Below are positions 12,391-25,086 of a DNA stretch of 64,000 nucleotides, piece by piece. The position numbers were made by a program, and so were the translations under genes. Under the pieces are notes generated by a model. It did not search any database and had not been told where the DNA came from. It was given only the letters and a program-made list of their open reading frames with translations. Each line of letters starts with the position of its first letter. The stretch's first letter is position 1. Source of the DNA: Vicugna vicugna (lineage: Eukaryota); the NCBI GenBank assembly GCA_013265495.1, contig MU057711.1:1364001-1428000 (forward strand), given 5' to 3'.

Positions 12391-12854
12391 TTTTTAAAAA
12401 ACTGAAGTATAGTCAGTTACAATGTGTCAGTTTCTGGTGTACAGCACAATGTCCCAGGCATGCATATACATACATATGTTCGTTTTCATATTCTGTTTCA
12501 TTAAAGGTTACTACAAGATATTGAATATAATTCCCTGTGCCATGCAGAAGAAATTTGTTTTTTAATCTATTTTTATATATAGTAGTTAATATTTGCAAAT
12601 CTTGAATTTCCAATTTATCCCTTCCCATCCTCTTTCCTTCTGGTAACCATAAGATTGTTTACTCTGTCTAAGTCTGTTTCTGTTTTGTAGATGAGTTCAT
12701 TTATGTCTTCTTTTTCTTTTTCAGATTCCACGTATGAGTGATATCATACAGTATTTTTCTTCCTCTTTCTGGCTTACTTCCCTTAGAATGACGATCTCCA
12801 GGTCCATCCATGTGGCTGCAAATGGCATTGTTTTATACTTTCTATGGCTGAGTA
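12391..12854 (-). mobile_element. L1 3' end, 5'-truncated
   Basis: Minus-strand ORF 12721-12912 contains [35 protein letters not shown] (ORF2 C-terminus), followed by 3' UTR; no TSD seen. Confidence 0.9.
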
Positions 12855-13761
12855 TGCAGACGACACATTTCCAAAGTTCTTTCTTATACATTGTCCCACT
12901 TGAAGTTCTCAAACAACCCAGGGAGGAGGGCGCATGTTTAATATTTAAAGCACATTCAGATGGCTTGATTTCTTTGCCATTTTAGTGTGATTTCCTTGTC
13001 ACAAATGTGGCAACTAAAAACTAACATGGCTGCAGATTTTTAAATTATTATTTGTATGTATCCTACAGAGGTGTTAGAGGCTTTTAATTGGCTATTGATT
13101 TGGATCTTTTGGAAAAGATCATGTGTACACATTCAAGAAATGAAAATATAAGAGTGCCTGGTGTATTTGTGTTTTAATTTACACATGGCCAAAATCTGAC
13201 ACAATAAAAAAGACTGACTTGACAGTCAAGAACGGTGAAGAACTGTTCTCCAGCTTCCTAAGAAAGACCCATTCTCCAGAGGTAATCGAAAGTTTTGATT
13301 AGCCTCATTTTATAGTCCCAGAGAGGGTAAGCGTTTAGCTCAGAGTCACACAGCTGGCCCAGGAGCACTGAAACCCTTCTCCTGACCTCAGGTGCAGCAG
13401 CCTCTGGTTGTGGTCACAGATTTTCTTCAACTATGGTCCAGGAATGAGCAGGAACCAACTGAAATGGCATGGTCTGGACTCAACCCCAGCAAAGTGCAGG
13501 TAAAATTCTGTGAGTACCTGTGTGCATGCATTTTGCCGTGGAAATGTCTCACATCACTTCTAAAGTCAGATTTTCAAGGGAAATATTAAGCAACCAAGAA
13601 GACTGAGAATCACAGCATTAGAAGTAGCCACGCAGGAAATATAACTGATAGTTGTCCGTGTGATAGTTGTCTTCTAAATCAGAGATTTAATAAGAACCCC
13701 GCAGAGCTGTTTTTCAGTTGAGGCTTGCAGAATATTTTGATTCTCCTAGATGTTTCTGGGT

Positions 13762-13950
13762 TAGTGATTCTCAAGTGTGATCCCTGGACCCAGCAGTATC
13801 AGCACCACTTGGGGACTCCTTAGGAATGCAAGTTATTAGTCCTCACCCTGGGCCAACAGGATGGGAAACTCTGGGGGTGAAGCCCAGCCATCTGTGGTCT
13901 AAAGAACCCTCCAGGTGAATCTGATCTTCACTAGCGTTTGAAGACCACTG
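13762..13950. mobile_element. MER5A hAT-Charlie MITE
   Basis: TIRs TAGTGATTCTCAA ... TTGAAGACCACTG; degenerate 8-bp TSD TTCTGGGT/CTCTAGGT. Confidence 0.85.
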
Positions 13951-15019
13951 CTCTAGGTCATTAATTTTGGGGGGGAAGAAAATCTAAGTTTCTAGTTGGA
14001 AATGGTTCACTGATGTTTCTAAAAATTCATCTGGGTTAGATTGATGATTCAGTTTAAAAAAATTAGATTTTTGTTCAGGATTCAACAAATCAGTGCAGCT
14101 AGTTTAAATCTGAGGTCAGTGCTCAGGCTGGCTCTGGTCCTGCCCCACTTCCTTCCCTACCCCTCTTGCAGTTGTAAATTACCTATGGAACAAGCCCCTC
14201 CATCAGCGGTTTGCTGGGAGGTCAGCTAAGGGTGTTCAGAAAACTGCAGAAAATAGATCAGACACTCCACCAGGGCCAGGGGAGGAGAGCATAGCGGGAA
14301 CAAACACCCTTAAACCACCACCTAGACAGACCTGAATGGCTATAGGGAGTGCTGCTAGGTTGTGAGCTGGCTGAGTGCCTGGCAGCAGGCTTAGAAGGCC
14401 TCTCCCTTGATGCATGGCTGTCAGCAGCCGAGCCTTCTACATCACCCATCCCCATGGATGACTGCTAACTCAGAAGCACAACATGGCTCCAAGCAGGCTT
14501 CTTGCCACAGTCTGCTCCTCATGTGCATCTTCCCCAGCCCAGTCCAGTTCTCCTCTTGTTCACCTGTTAGCTTTCAAACCTTTAGAGAACCAGTTCAGAG
14601 TTTACCTCCTCCAGGAAGCCTTCCCAGACTTCTCCAGCCCATCTCCCTTCTCTAAGTGCCTGTTCACATCACTTGTATCTCACAATTGGGGGCTTAACTG
14701 CTTTCTTTTTATTGTGGGTCTGAGTGCATCAGTTTCCATTCCTTGCTTTAATTCATTCACTCTTCCCAACTCAGTCATTCCATCAAATACATTTTGAATG
14801 TCTCCAGGCACTCCGCTCAAGACTGGGAATGACTCAGAACCATCTCCATCTTCAAGGATCTCATAGACTGAAAAAAATGACAACAGCCGCTACTGCCACC
14901 ACAACCTTGCTGAGAACATTAAAGCATTATCTGAGCACGCTCACAATCTGAAATGATCTTACATCCTTATTCCTTTCCCTCTTTATTTACTGCCTCCTCC
15001 CCCAGCAATGAGGCTAGCA

Positions 15020-17063
15020 TTAGAGTAGAACTCCTGGGTCACAGAGCTGGTATATAGGTAATTTTATAAGAAATTGCCAAGGAGTTTCCAAAGATCTTGT
15101 GAATTTGATACACCCACCAGCAATGTATGACAGTTTCCATTGTCTCACATTGTTTTCAGTATCTCGTGATGACAGGTTTTTTAATGTTATCCATTTTAGT
15201 GGGTGTGGAGTAGAATCTTATTAGAGATGTCATTTGAATTTCCCTGATGACAAATAGTGTTGCACACCTTTTCATGAGCGTGTTGGTCAGCCTCGAGGTG
15301 TTATATTTCTTTTAACTATTGAGTTCTAGGGGAAAAAAATATAAATGTTTATAATGCAAGTCCTTTTTCAGATATACCAATAACTTTTCCTAGCATGTGG
15401 TTTGCCATATCTTTCTCTGCATGACGTCTTTTGATAAACAGATATTTTAAATTCTCATGAAGTCCAATTTGCCAATTGGTTTTTTATCATTTGTGCTTTT
15501 AAGGCCCTCTCCAAAAAATTTTTGCCTACCTCAAGACCATGAAGGTCTTCTTATATGTTTTCCTCTGGAAGCTTAGAGCTTTAGAGTTTTGGCATTTACC
15601 TTTATGTCCTTGATCAAGCATAAACTGAATTTTTGTATGGTATGAGGTAGTGTTGAAGTTAAATTTTTCCCACACAGTTATCTTGTGGTTCCAGTACACT
15701 TTGCTGGAGTCTTTCTTTCCCCTCGTTGAATTGTTTTGATACCTTTATGAAACATCAATTAACTATAGATGTGCAGCTCTATCTCTGAACTCCCAATTCA
15801 TTGTTCCATTATCTATTCTGATGCCAATATCACACTGTCTTTTCTGTAGTTTTAGTAATTTTTCAAATTGGGTAGTGTGAGTCCTCTAATTTTGTTCTTT
15901 TTCACATTTGTTTTAGTGCTTAGGTCCTTTGCATTGCACCGTAATCGCAATAGATTTGATTTTCTGTTTGTTTCTATTTCCCTTCGGTGTGAAGAATTTC
16001 ATATAAGTAAAATCTATAGTATATAGAGTTTATGTAAGACTTTTTTCTATTTTTGCTTAGATTGAGCTGTTTGAGAGTCATCCATGTTTGTCTACATATC
16101 AAGAATTAGTTCATGTTTATCGCTGTGTAGTATTCCATTGTTGAAGCTGTCACAGTACTTTTAGCCATTCCACTATTAATGGATACCTGTGCTGTTTTTC
16201 AGTTTTTAGATACTGTGAATAAGGCTTCTGTGAACTTTCTTATGCAAGTCTGTAGGTGTGTGTGTTTGAGTGTGTGCGCACAAATGTTTTTCTTTCTCTT
16301 GTGTAAATAACCAGGAATAGAATTATTCACTCATAGCTTTTGTTGAATTTTGTAAGAAACTGCCAGAACACTTTTCAAAGTGGTTGTGTTATTTTATATT
16401 CCTACCAACAGTGTGTGAGAGTCCTGACTGTACCATGTTTTCCAACACTGAGTGTTGTTAGTCTTTTAAATTTTAGCTGCCTTATGTATTTTTACACATT
16501 CTGGTTGTAATTTTCATTTCCCTGATGATCAACAATGATGAGCATTTTAATGTGCTAATCAGCCAGTTACATATCTCCTTTTGTGAAATGTCTGTTCAAA
16601 TATTTTGCTTATTAAAAAAATTTAAATAATTAAGGTATATGTATTCTTTTTGTATTTTGGATACCAACCAGTCCTTTGTGAAATACATGTTTTGAGAATT
16701 TTTTTTTCCAAGTCTGTGTTTTGCCTATTTATTTATTTCAAGGTATTTTAGGAGGATCAAAAGGTTTTAATTTTGATGACATCCAATTTATCACTTTTTC
16801 CCTTTATAATTATTGTTCTTTGCTGTTTGTGTACCTTTTAAGAAGCCTTAGCTTACCAAAAATGTTTTCTTATGTCTTCTTTCAGGTGTTAGATTTTATG
16901 TTTAAATATAGTTCATCTCAAGTTGATTTTTCATATGTGGTGCAGGGTTCTTTTTTTTCCATATTGCTAACCAGTTGTTTCAATGCAATTTGCTGAGAAG
17001 ACTTTCTCTCCCCATTGAATAATCTTGACACATTTGTCTCAAAGCAATTAACTGTATAAGTAG
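15020..17063 (-). mobile_element. Old L1M ORF2 3' remnants (two separate copies in tandem)
   Basis: T-rich antisense L1 sequence; the homologous segment AAGAAA(T/C)TGCCA occurs near 15070 and near 16355 with high divergence. Confidence 0.75.
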
Positions 17064-17078
17064 CAGTTGTTCACTTTT

Positions 17079-17743
17079 TTTTTTAATTGAAGTATAGTCA
17101 GTTTATAATTTATGTCAATTTCTGGTGTACAGCATAATACATGTACATACATATAATTGTTTTCATATTCTTTTTCATTATAGATTATTTATAAGATATT
17201 GAATATATTTCCCTGTACTATAAAACATAAACTTGTTGTTTATCTATTTTATATATAGTAGTTAGTATCGGCAAATCTCAAATTTCCGATTTATCCCTTC
17301 CCACTCCCTTTCCCTGCTGGTAACCATGAGTTTGTTTTCTTTGTCTGTGAGTCTGTTTCTGTTTTGTAAATAAGTTCATTTGTCTTCTTTTTTTTTTTAA
17401 GATTCCACATATAAGTGATACATGGTATTTTTCTTTGTCTTTCTGCCTTACTTCACTTAGAATGACAATCTCCATGTCCATCCATGTTGCTGTAAATAGC
17501 ATTATTTTATTATTTTTATGGCTGAGTAGTATTCCATCATATAAATATACCACAACTTCTTTATTCAGTTGTCTGTTGGCAGACATTTAGGTGGTTTCCA
17601 TGTCTTGGCTATTGTAAATAGTGCTATTATGAACATTGGGGTGCAGGTGTCTTTTCAAATTAGAGTTCCCTCTGGATATATGCCCACGAGTGGGATTGCT
17701 GCATCATATGGTTAAGTCTATTTTTGTTTTTTTGAGGAATCTC
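17079..17743 (-). mobile_element. Young L1 3' end with 15-bp TSD, nested in old L1M
   Basis: Poly(T) at left; CAGTTGTTCACTTTT at 17064-17078 and 17744-17758; ORF 17278-17586 includes FTATWMDMEIVILSEVRQKDKEKYH. Confidence 0.93.
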
Positions 17744-18087
17744 CAGTTGTTCACTTTTAAAACACTCTTTTTACTCTGTTCTTCACATTGAATAATTTCT
17801 ATTGATCTAGCTTTATGTTTCATGACCCTTTATTATGCAGTTTCCAGTCTGTTGTTACTCTCATCTATTTCTAGGGAATTTTTCATGACATATACTGCAA
17901 TTTTCAGTTTTATAATTTCTATTTGATTATTTTTCATAGTTTCCATTTCCATGCTGAAATTCTCCATTTATTTTCTTGTTATTTCCATCTGTTCTTTCGA
18001 GTGAACATACTTATAACTGATTTAGAGTCCTTTTGTTAATTTCAATACCTCTGCCATTTAAAAGTCTGTTTTAATTGATCACCAATT

Positions 18088-18313
18088 TCCTTTATTTCCA
18101 GTTTTATTGAGATATAATTTATGTATTACATTGTATAAGTTTCAGATGTACAACATGATTTTATATCTATATATATATATCAAAATGATTGCTGTAATAA
18201 GTTTAGTAAACACTCATCACCTAACATAGCTACAAACTTTTTTTTCTCATGATAAAAACTTTTAAGACCTACTCTCTTGGCAATTTTCAAATTTATAATA
18301 CAGTATTGTTAAC
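18088..18313 (-). mobile_element. L1MA9-like 3' UTR end
   Basis: CAGTTTTATTGAGATATAATT...ATTGTATAAGTTT...GATGTACAACATGAT...CTACTCTCTTGGCAATTTTCAAATTTATAATACAGTATTGTTAAC. Confidence 0.75.
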
Positions 18314-18547
18314 GGTTTGATTACTATTTTCTGGATTATAGGTCATATTTTCCTGCTCTGCTTGCCTAGTAATGTTTTATTGTGTGCTATATATTGTGGA
18401 TGATACCCCTAGGGAGGTTTTCCTTTAAAGGCTATGACTTATTGCAGACATTTAAATTACTGGCAAATCCTCTGGATCTTATTTGGCTTTGTTTTGTTTT
18501 TTTGTCTATTTCAATTTCATCATTAGTCATGAGATGTGGCTCTCGGG

Positions 18548-18756
18548 CAGTGGTTCTCAACCGAGGGTGTCCCCCTGGGGGCAGTTTGCAATGTCTAGAG
18601 ACATTTTGAGTTGTCACCAGTGAGAGTGGGTGTTACTGGCCTCTAATGAGTAGAGGTCAGGATTGCTGCTAAACTTCTTACGGTACGCAGGACAGCCTTT
18701 GACAACAAAGGCCTATGTGTTCTAAATGTCAGTAGTGCAGAGTTTGAGAAACCCTA
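18548..18756 (+). mobile_element. MER20 hAT-Charlie MITE
   Basis: Starts CAGTGGTTCTCAACC, ends TTGAGAAACCCTA; 8-bp TSD CTCTCGGG (18540-18547) / CTCTAGGG (18757-18764). Confidence 0.9.
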
Positions 18757-20369
18757 CTCTAGGGTGTGGTCCTTACCCTAATGTATGGTCTCTCTGCAGA
18801 CCTAACTGAGAGGCACACCAGGGCTTCTCCATCCCAGCTGAGCTGAAGCTCCCAGCCCTGCAGAGCCCCTGGCATTTCCATCTAGTTCTCAGAGGCTCTT
18901 AGCAGCTGTTCTCTGCTAGGCCTCACCCAGTCTTGCTCTGGACTTTCCAAGCCCAGGCATCACCCAAGACCCCACAGGACATGCCCACACCGACTTCTGG
19001 GGTCTTTTGTCTCCACATCTCTCCTGTCTAGTGCCCTACCTCACAAATTCCAGCCACTTCAGCAGCTCAAACTCCAACCTCTGCTCAGCTCAATCAGACC
19101 ACTGGAATCTGCCTGGATTTCCCCTCCCTCTGCCTCACTTTGAGAAGTGCTCCAGGTCAGAAAGCCGGGGTAAACACAGGTCTCTTCCTCCTGCGTGTTT
19201 CCCTTCTCTCAGGAATCACAAGTCTGCACTCTGGTTTGGTGCCAGGGAAGAGTTGCCCCATTCCTTTTGTTCATTTCTACTTTCAGGATGGAGAGAAAGC
19301 AAGTAAGGAACTCAGGGAGTTTTAACAAACACAGCTTCCCTGAGCCCTTTCCTGAGAGATTCTGACTCATTGGTCCAGGCTAGGGCCTGGGAATTTCTAT
19401 TTTTAAAATCCTAGGAAGATGCTGATTCAACACCTAGTTTGGGACTCATCACTGTAAGCCCCACTGGGGCCCCATTGGGGCGGGAAAGGCATTTTTGCTT
19501 TCTCTGGGATCCCCAAAGCTTTCCACTGGGCTGAAAACATTTTTTTGCTGCCTTAAAGATGGGGTGGGGGGGCCCTCCACACTCAACACACAGTCTACAC
19601 AGTAGCCGCGAAACCTGAGATAAGACTTCATCTGAGGCTGAGGCATCCTCAGCCCCTCATTCCTCTGGGCTTTCCCTTTTGAGAGCAGATTCCAGGAGCT
19701 TTGTGCTCATTTGCTCTGTGTCTGGGGACCATAAGGCCTTTGAGGTTCTTCCCTGATGTGGCTCCTGCTACCATCAAACATTCCCTGAGGGCTCCTGAGC
19801 CCCAGATCTGGGATAAAGGAGATACTCATAGGTTTACTGTCTGCACACTTCACAGTTAATGGTAATTTATGACTTTTAATCATTATGCCACACAGGGAAA
19901 ATATGACTGGGAGTCATTTCAATAAGGAAATCCATCTATTTTTATACCTTAGCCCTTACCTCTGCAGTATCCTCTCCAGATGATCTGTTCCAAAAGCCTC
20001 ATTAAATGTTTAGAGAGGAGAAGTTCTCAGGCATCCTTTCCTCCTTACCCCAAATAGGCATCTCCAAAAGCTCCAAACTACCCACAAATACCAACCAGGG
20101 TGGCTTTCTGTAGCCCAATAGGCAGAACAACTTCGAAGAATTAATCTGGATTAATATCTTCAACACTAATTAATGCATTACATGGAGCCAGCCAGGATTT
20201 TCTAAACATACTTTACTTACTGTTCAGACTCAGTCCTTGTTTTCTTCACTCATTCCTTAATCCATTCATTTACTTTTACATTAAGCCATACACACATCCA
20301 CAAAACAAACCATACTCATCCTCACTCTGCGCTAGACACTGTCCCTGGCTTCCAGAAGGCGGAGATTGA

Positions 20370-20815
20370 TAAGCATTCATTTACTCACCCATTTATTCCA
20401 TAAATCCTTACTGAGCACCTACTATGTGCCAGGTACCTTGCTTGGCATCAGGGACCGAGTAGTAAAGAAGGTTACTGTTCTCATAGTTCATTTTGTAAAG
20501 TAGGGAGAATGCAAATGCACAAGTTAATAAGAAAAGAAATAAGATGCTGTTCAAAATGCTAAGTGTTCGGAAGAAAATAAGACAGATCAAAGGAAGAGGT
20601 AATAGTCAGGGCAGTCAGGGAAGACTTCTCTGTGGAGGTGACATTTGAACTGAGACCTAAATGGCAAGAGCCCACTGTAAGAAGAATTGGAGGCAGAATG
20701 TTTCAGGCAAAGGCAATTTCATATGCAAAGTTCCCAAGAAATGCAGTGTGGCTAGAAAACTGTGGATCAGGGAGGAGAGAGGTAGGCCAGGGCTAGATCA
20801 TGTAGAACCTTGTAC
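20370..20815 (-). mobile_element. L2 3' end
   Basis: CATTCATTTACTCACCCATTTATT...TACTGAGCACCTACTATGTGCCAGG...GGAGGTGACATTTGAACTGAGACCT. Confidence 0.8.
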
Positions 20816-21779
20816 AAGCTCTTCCCCTGTAATGTAGTGGTGGCCAAACTGCTTGTCATGGGAACTTGTGGCTGGAATTGGAACCTGTCCCTCCTAACTG
20901 CTGGAGTCCCATATTAACAACTTCTGTCCTACACCAGCTGGGTCTGGTTTGGTTAGGAAAGGGAGGCAAAGGCTGTTGAAGTTGAGATGCCTCTGGGGAC
21001 TCTTTGTGGGACTCAGAATCATCCTGGGAGAGACATTGCTCAGCCTGTTGGACCAGCCTTTGCAAAATGACCAAGCTCCTTAAGTTTTCTTTTTTCCCCC
21101 AAAATTCCTATTCATATCTTCTCTCTGTTTTGCCTGTGGATGTCAGGCAGCATTAGGAAAGATTTGGGCACTGTATATTTGCCATGTATTCTTTAAGTCA
21201 TAATGCATATTTAATAAAAAATTAGCCCTTATCGCTTGACTAAACTTATTCACAACAATGCATGTTCTGACTTTCTTAGTTCCAACAGAGTAGAATTTTC
21301 TCTACATATTTATTGGATACCTACTCTGCACTAAGTAATGTGCTTGGTGCAAATGTGCAGACAAAAATAAGTTATATAATTTCTGCCCTTGTGGAGTCCC
21401 ACAGACCCTAGCCTCAGTTCAGCATGAGGAGTGAGCACAACTTGAGCAGAGAGTTCTTCAGGTAGTCAGAACATGGAAGGGCATTCCAGGCAGAGGGAAC
21501 AGCATGTGCAAAGACCATGTGAAGGAACATGTGGCTATTATTTGAGGATAAGGACAGAATGAGTAGGGGACAAGGAAAATCGCCTCATGATTCTGCCAAA
21601 AGGCAAGGAGAAAGAGAACCTGAAGATCAAGTAATGGTCCATAGATTCTGTGAATGAAGGTTACGGTGTCTGTATCTCCGACCTGTCTTGTGGATCCACC
21701 TTTACTCCTGGAGAAGGGACCACAGGAAGGAGGTGGGTTGATTTGAGAAGCTCTTTTCTGTGTGTGCTGCAGAGATGAC

Positions 21780-21826
21780 CATACACGCATGTGCACGTGT
21801 GTGAGCACACACACACACACACACAC
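21780..21826. repeat. Alternating purine/pyrimidine tract with (CA)n
   Basis: ATACACGCATGTGCACGTGTGTGAGCACACACACACACACACACAC. Confidence 0.8.
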
Positions 21827-22362
21827 CACTGCACGTGGAAGCCTGCAGCATCCATGGGTATTCTGAAAGCTGTGATGCAGTCATGCCAGTCATGTCAGTG
21901 GGTCCCCACATCTTAGTTACTGGCAAGGAATCGCAACAGGACAATTAGACCTGATTGACTGGTCTGCATGAACTTTCATCAGAGCAGCCCTGTGATGTGG
22001 GCATAGCTAAACAGCTGAATTGGCTTTAATGGACCCAGGTCTGGAGAAGGAAATGCAAATGGAGGTCAGTTCTGGTCTAAGGTAAGACAGTTGCCAGAGT
22101 CAAGCTGCCAGCACCCCTCACTTGGCCATGATATGAGTCTCGACTGCTATTGGACAGGCCTGGGGGTTCCAAGCAGGGGACCTTGGGTTGAGGATGGTCT
22201 TATCTTCCTTGCAAATGTGGTGTGGGTGTGGGATCTGCCTCCCTAGCCTCAGCTACCACTGCCCCTGGCTGGCTCTTGAGTTGGTCTAAGCTTCTTAGAG
22301 TTCCCTGGTCATGTCCAGATTTCTCTCCTTCTTTTGCTCTGACTGTTTAGTCCTCCTAGATT

Positions 22363-23000
22363 AGTGCTGTCAGATACTAAGGTGCCCATAAATCACAATG
22401 GGATTTTGTTAAAACACAGATTCTCATGTGGTATATATATACAATGGAATACTACTCAGCCATAAAAACCAACAACATAACGTCATTGGCAGCAACATGG
22501 GTGCTCCTGGAGAATGTCATTCTAAGTGAAGTAAGCCAGAAAGAGAAAGAAAAATACCATATAAGATTGCTCATACTTGGAATCTAAAAACAAACAAACA
22601 AACAAACGATGCATAAATACAAAACAGAAACAGACTCATAGACATAGAATACAAACTTGTGGTTGCCAAGGGGGTGGAAGGTGGGAAGGGATAGACTGGG
22701 ATTTCAAAATTGTAGAATAGATAAACAAGATTATACTGTATAGCACAGGGAAATATACACAAGATCTTGTGATAGCTCACAGAGAAAAATATGTGACAAT
22801 GAATATATATATGTTCATGTATAACTGAAAAATTGTGCTCTACACTGGAATTTGACACAACATTGTAAGATAATTATAAATCAATAAAAAATGTTAAAAA
22901 AAAGACACAGATTCTCATTCAGCAGATCTGAGATGAGGTTTGAAATTGTGCAGGTGGTTATGATGATGCTGGGCTATGAACCACATTTTGAGAAGCAAGA
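22363..23000. mobile_element. MER5-like MITE split by an L1 insertion
   Basis: Left half ...TTTTGTTAAAACACAGATTCT, right half CATTCAGCAGATCTGAGATGAGG...CCACATTTTGAGAAGCAAG. Confidence 0.6.
22428..22903 (+). mobile_element. Young L1 3' end with 14-bp TSD
   Basis: Closely matches 34737-35219; ends AATAAAAAATGTTAAAAAAAA; ACACAGATTCTCAT at 22414-22427 and 22905-22918. Confidence 0.95.
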
Positions 23001-23875
23001 TCCTAGAGCACTTCTTCTCTTTGGTTCACTTCTCTACTCTCCTTTTCCATCTGGTGAACTCCTATTCAATCTCCAAAACCCAGCTTCAGTGCCATGTCTC
23101 CCAGGAGATTTTTCTGACACTTCTACCCTCTCCACTATGCTGATGCCTCACAGGATAATTACTTTCATATGGTAATTACCCTGCTCTGTGACCCTTAAAC
23201 TTACTAGTTATACTCTTGTCCCCCTCACCTGACTTGTGTCCCTAAGCCATTGGCAGGGTTTTATTCAACCCCAGTGCCCAGCACAGGGTCTGGAATGCAA
23301 TAAGCATCAATACATATTTACAAAACTAGATTACATACAGTGATTTTAGTTTTTTCACGCTCTTTCTCCTTTACTCTCTCTAAATTAGTTCTTCCTACCA
23401 TTGAGGATGGATTGGGACAGGGTCTACTGAGTCCAAGCCAGATTCAGAATTTGACTATTAATGGATTTCTATGCAACTATTTTCCTGACTTGAACTGAAG
23501 CAAGAGGGCACTTGGAGGGGAATGTGGCCTTCCTGAAATATTGGGGTTTCCAGAAAAACACTTCTATCTTCACTATAGGTATTTTGGTCTTCTTATCCTG
23601 GTTGTCAGTCCTTTTGGGCAATCTCTTTAATGGCCTGGTCAAGATTTTCTTTTGAGTTATAATTGCCTCCCTTAGAGGTGTTAGTAAAACAAGACCACAT
23701 ATTCTTCAGCTAGTATTCATAGAAACTGCTTATTATGTCAGGCACTATTACACATATTAGTGTAACTACATGTAAGCATTTTAGGTGTATTTATTCATTT
23801 AATCCTCACAACAGCCATAAAAATAAAGATTAATATCACCATTTTACAGGTAAGTATACCAAGGCACAGAGTTGT

Positions 23876-24154
23876 TACACAATAGAATAGTTCTTAGCCA
23901 TGAAAAAGAATACAATAATGCCATTTGCAGCAACATGGTTGGACCAACATGAAGATCGTCATTCTAAGTGAAGTAAGCCAGAAAGAGAAAGAAAAATACC
24001 ATATGACATCACTTATATATAGAATCTTAAAAAAAGGACACAGATGAATTTTTCTACAAAACAGAAACAGACTCACAGACATAGAGAACAAACTTACAGT
24101 TACCAGGGGACAAAGGGGGTGGGGGAAGGGATAAATTGGGAGTTTGAAATTTGC
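23876..24154 (+). mobile_element. L1 ORF2 end / partial 3' UTR
   Basis: ATGCCATTTGCAGCAACATGG...AAGTGAAGTAAGCCAGAAAGAG...GGGATAAATTGGGAGTTTGAAATTTGCA; stops short of the usual 3' terminus. Confidence 0.85.
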
Positions 24155-24290
24155 ACCTCTTGGGGAGTGATGGAACTGTTAGCTATCTTGATTGTGGTGG
24201 TGTGTATAGACATATACATCTATCAAAATTGTACATCAGAAATATGTGTAGTTTACTGAACAGGAATTATACCACAACAAATGTGTTTAA
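24155..24290 (+). mobile_element. Old L1MB/MC-type 3' terminus
   Basis: TTGGGGAGTGATGGAACTGTTAGCTATCTTGATTGTGGTGGTG...TTATACCACAACAAATGTG. Confidence 0.65.
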
Positions 24291-24342
24291 ATTTTTTGTT
24301 GTTGTTTTTTGTTTTTTGAAATCCTGCATTTTATTTTATTTC

Positions 24343-25086
24343 TTTAACATTTTTTATTGATTTATTATCATTTTACAATGTTGTATCAAATTCCAGCGTA
24401 GAGCACAATTTTTCAGTTATACATGAACATATATATATTCATTGTCACATTTTTTTCTCTGTGAGCTATCATAAGATCTTGTGTATATTTCCCTGTGCTA
24501 TACAGTATAGTCTTGTTTATCTATTCTACAATTTTGAAATCCCAGTCTATCCCTTCCCACCCTCTGCCCCCTTGGCAACCATAAGTTTGTATTCTATGTC
24601 TATGAGTCTGTTTCTGTTTTGTATTTATGCTTTGTTTGTGGGTTTTTGGGGGGGGGGATTTCAACATACAAGTGATCTCATATGGTATTTTTCTTTCTCT
24701 TTCTGGCTTACTTCTCTTAGAATGACATTCTCCAGGACAAATGCTGGAGAGGCTGTGGAGAAAGGGGAACCCTCCTACACTGCTGGTGGGAATGCAGTTT
24801 GGTCCAGCCACTGTGGAAAACAGTATGGAGATTCCTCAAAAGACTAGGAATAGACTTACTGTATAACCCAGGAATCCCACTCTGGGCATATATCCAGAAG
24901 GAACTCTATTTCAGGATGACACCTGCACCCCAATGTTCATAGCAGCACTATTTACAATAGCCAAGACATGGAAACATCCTAAATGTCCATCAACAGATGA
25001 CTAGATAAAGAAGAAGTGGTATATTTATACAATGGAATACTACTCAGCCATAAAAACCGACAATATAATGCCATTTGCAGCAACAT
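24343..25086 (-). mobile_element. Young L1 with 5' inversion (twin priming)
   Basis: 24343-24737 is the antisense 3' end; 24738-25086 is the adjacent upstream L1 segment in sense orientation (matches 34432-34808). Confidence 0.92.

Larger units (their letters stand above)
17760..19300 (-). mobile_element. Old L1M upstream-region remnant interrupted by younger elements
   Basis: Diverged T-rich antisense L1-like sequence flanking the L1MA-type and MER20 insertions. Confidence 0.45.

Noticed and set aside
12391..12854. L1 without a TSD as an insertion-mediated deletion
   Set aside because: Absence of a visible TSD cannot be distinguished from later decay or deletion without an orthologous empty site.
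15020..17063. Apparent ~1-kb internal duplication
   Set aside because: The halves are highly diverged and better explained as two independent old L1M insertions covering the same ORF2 region.
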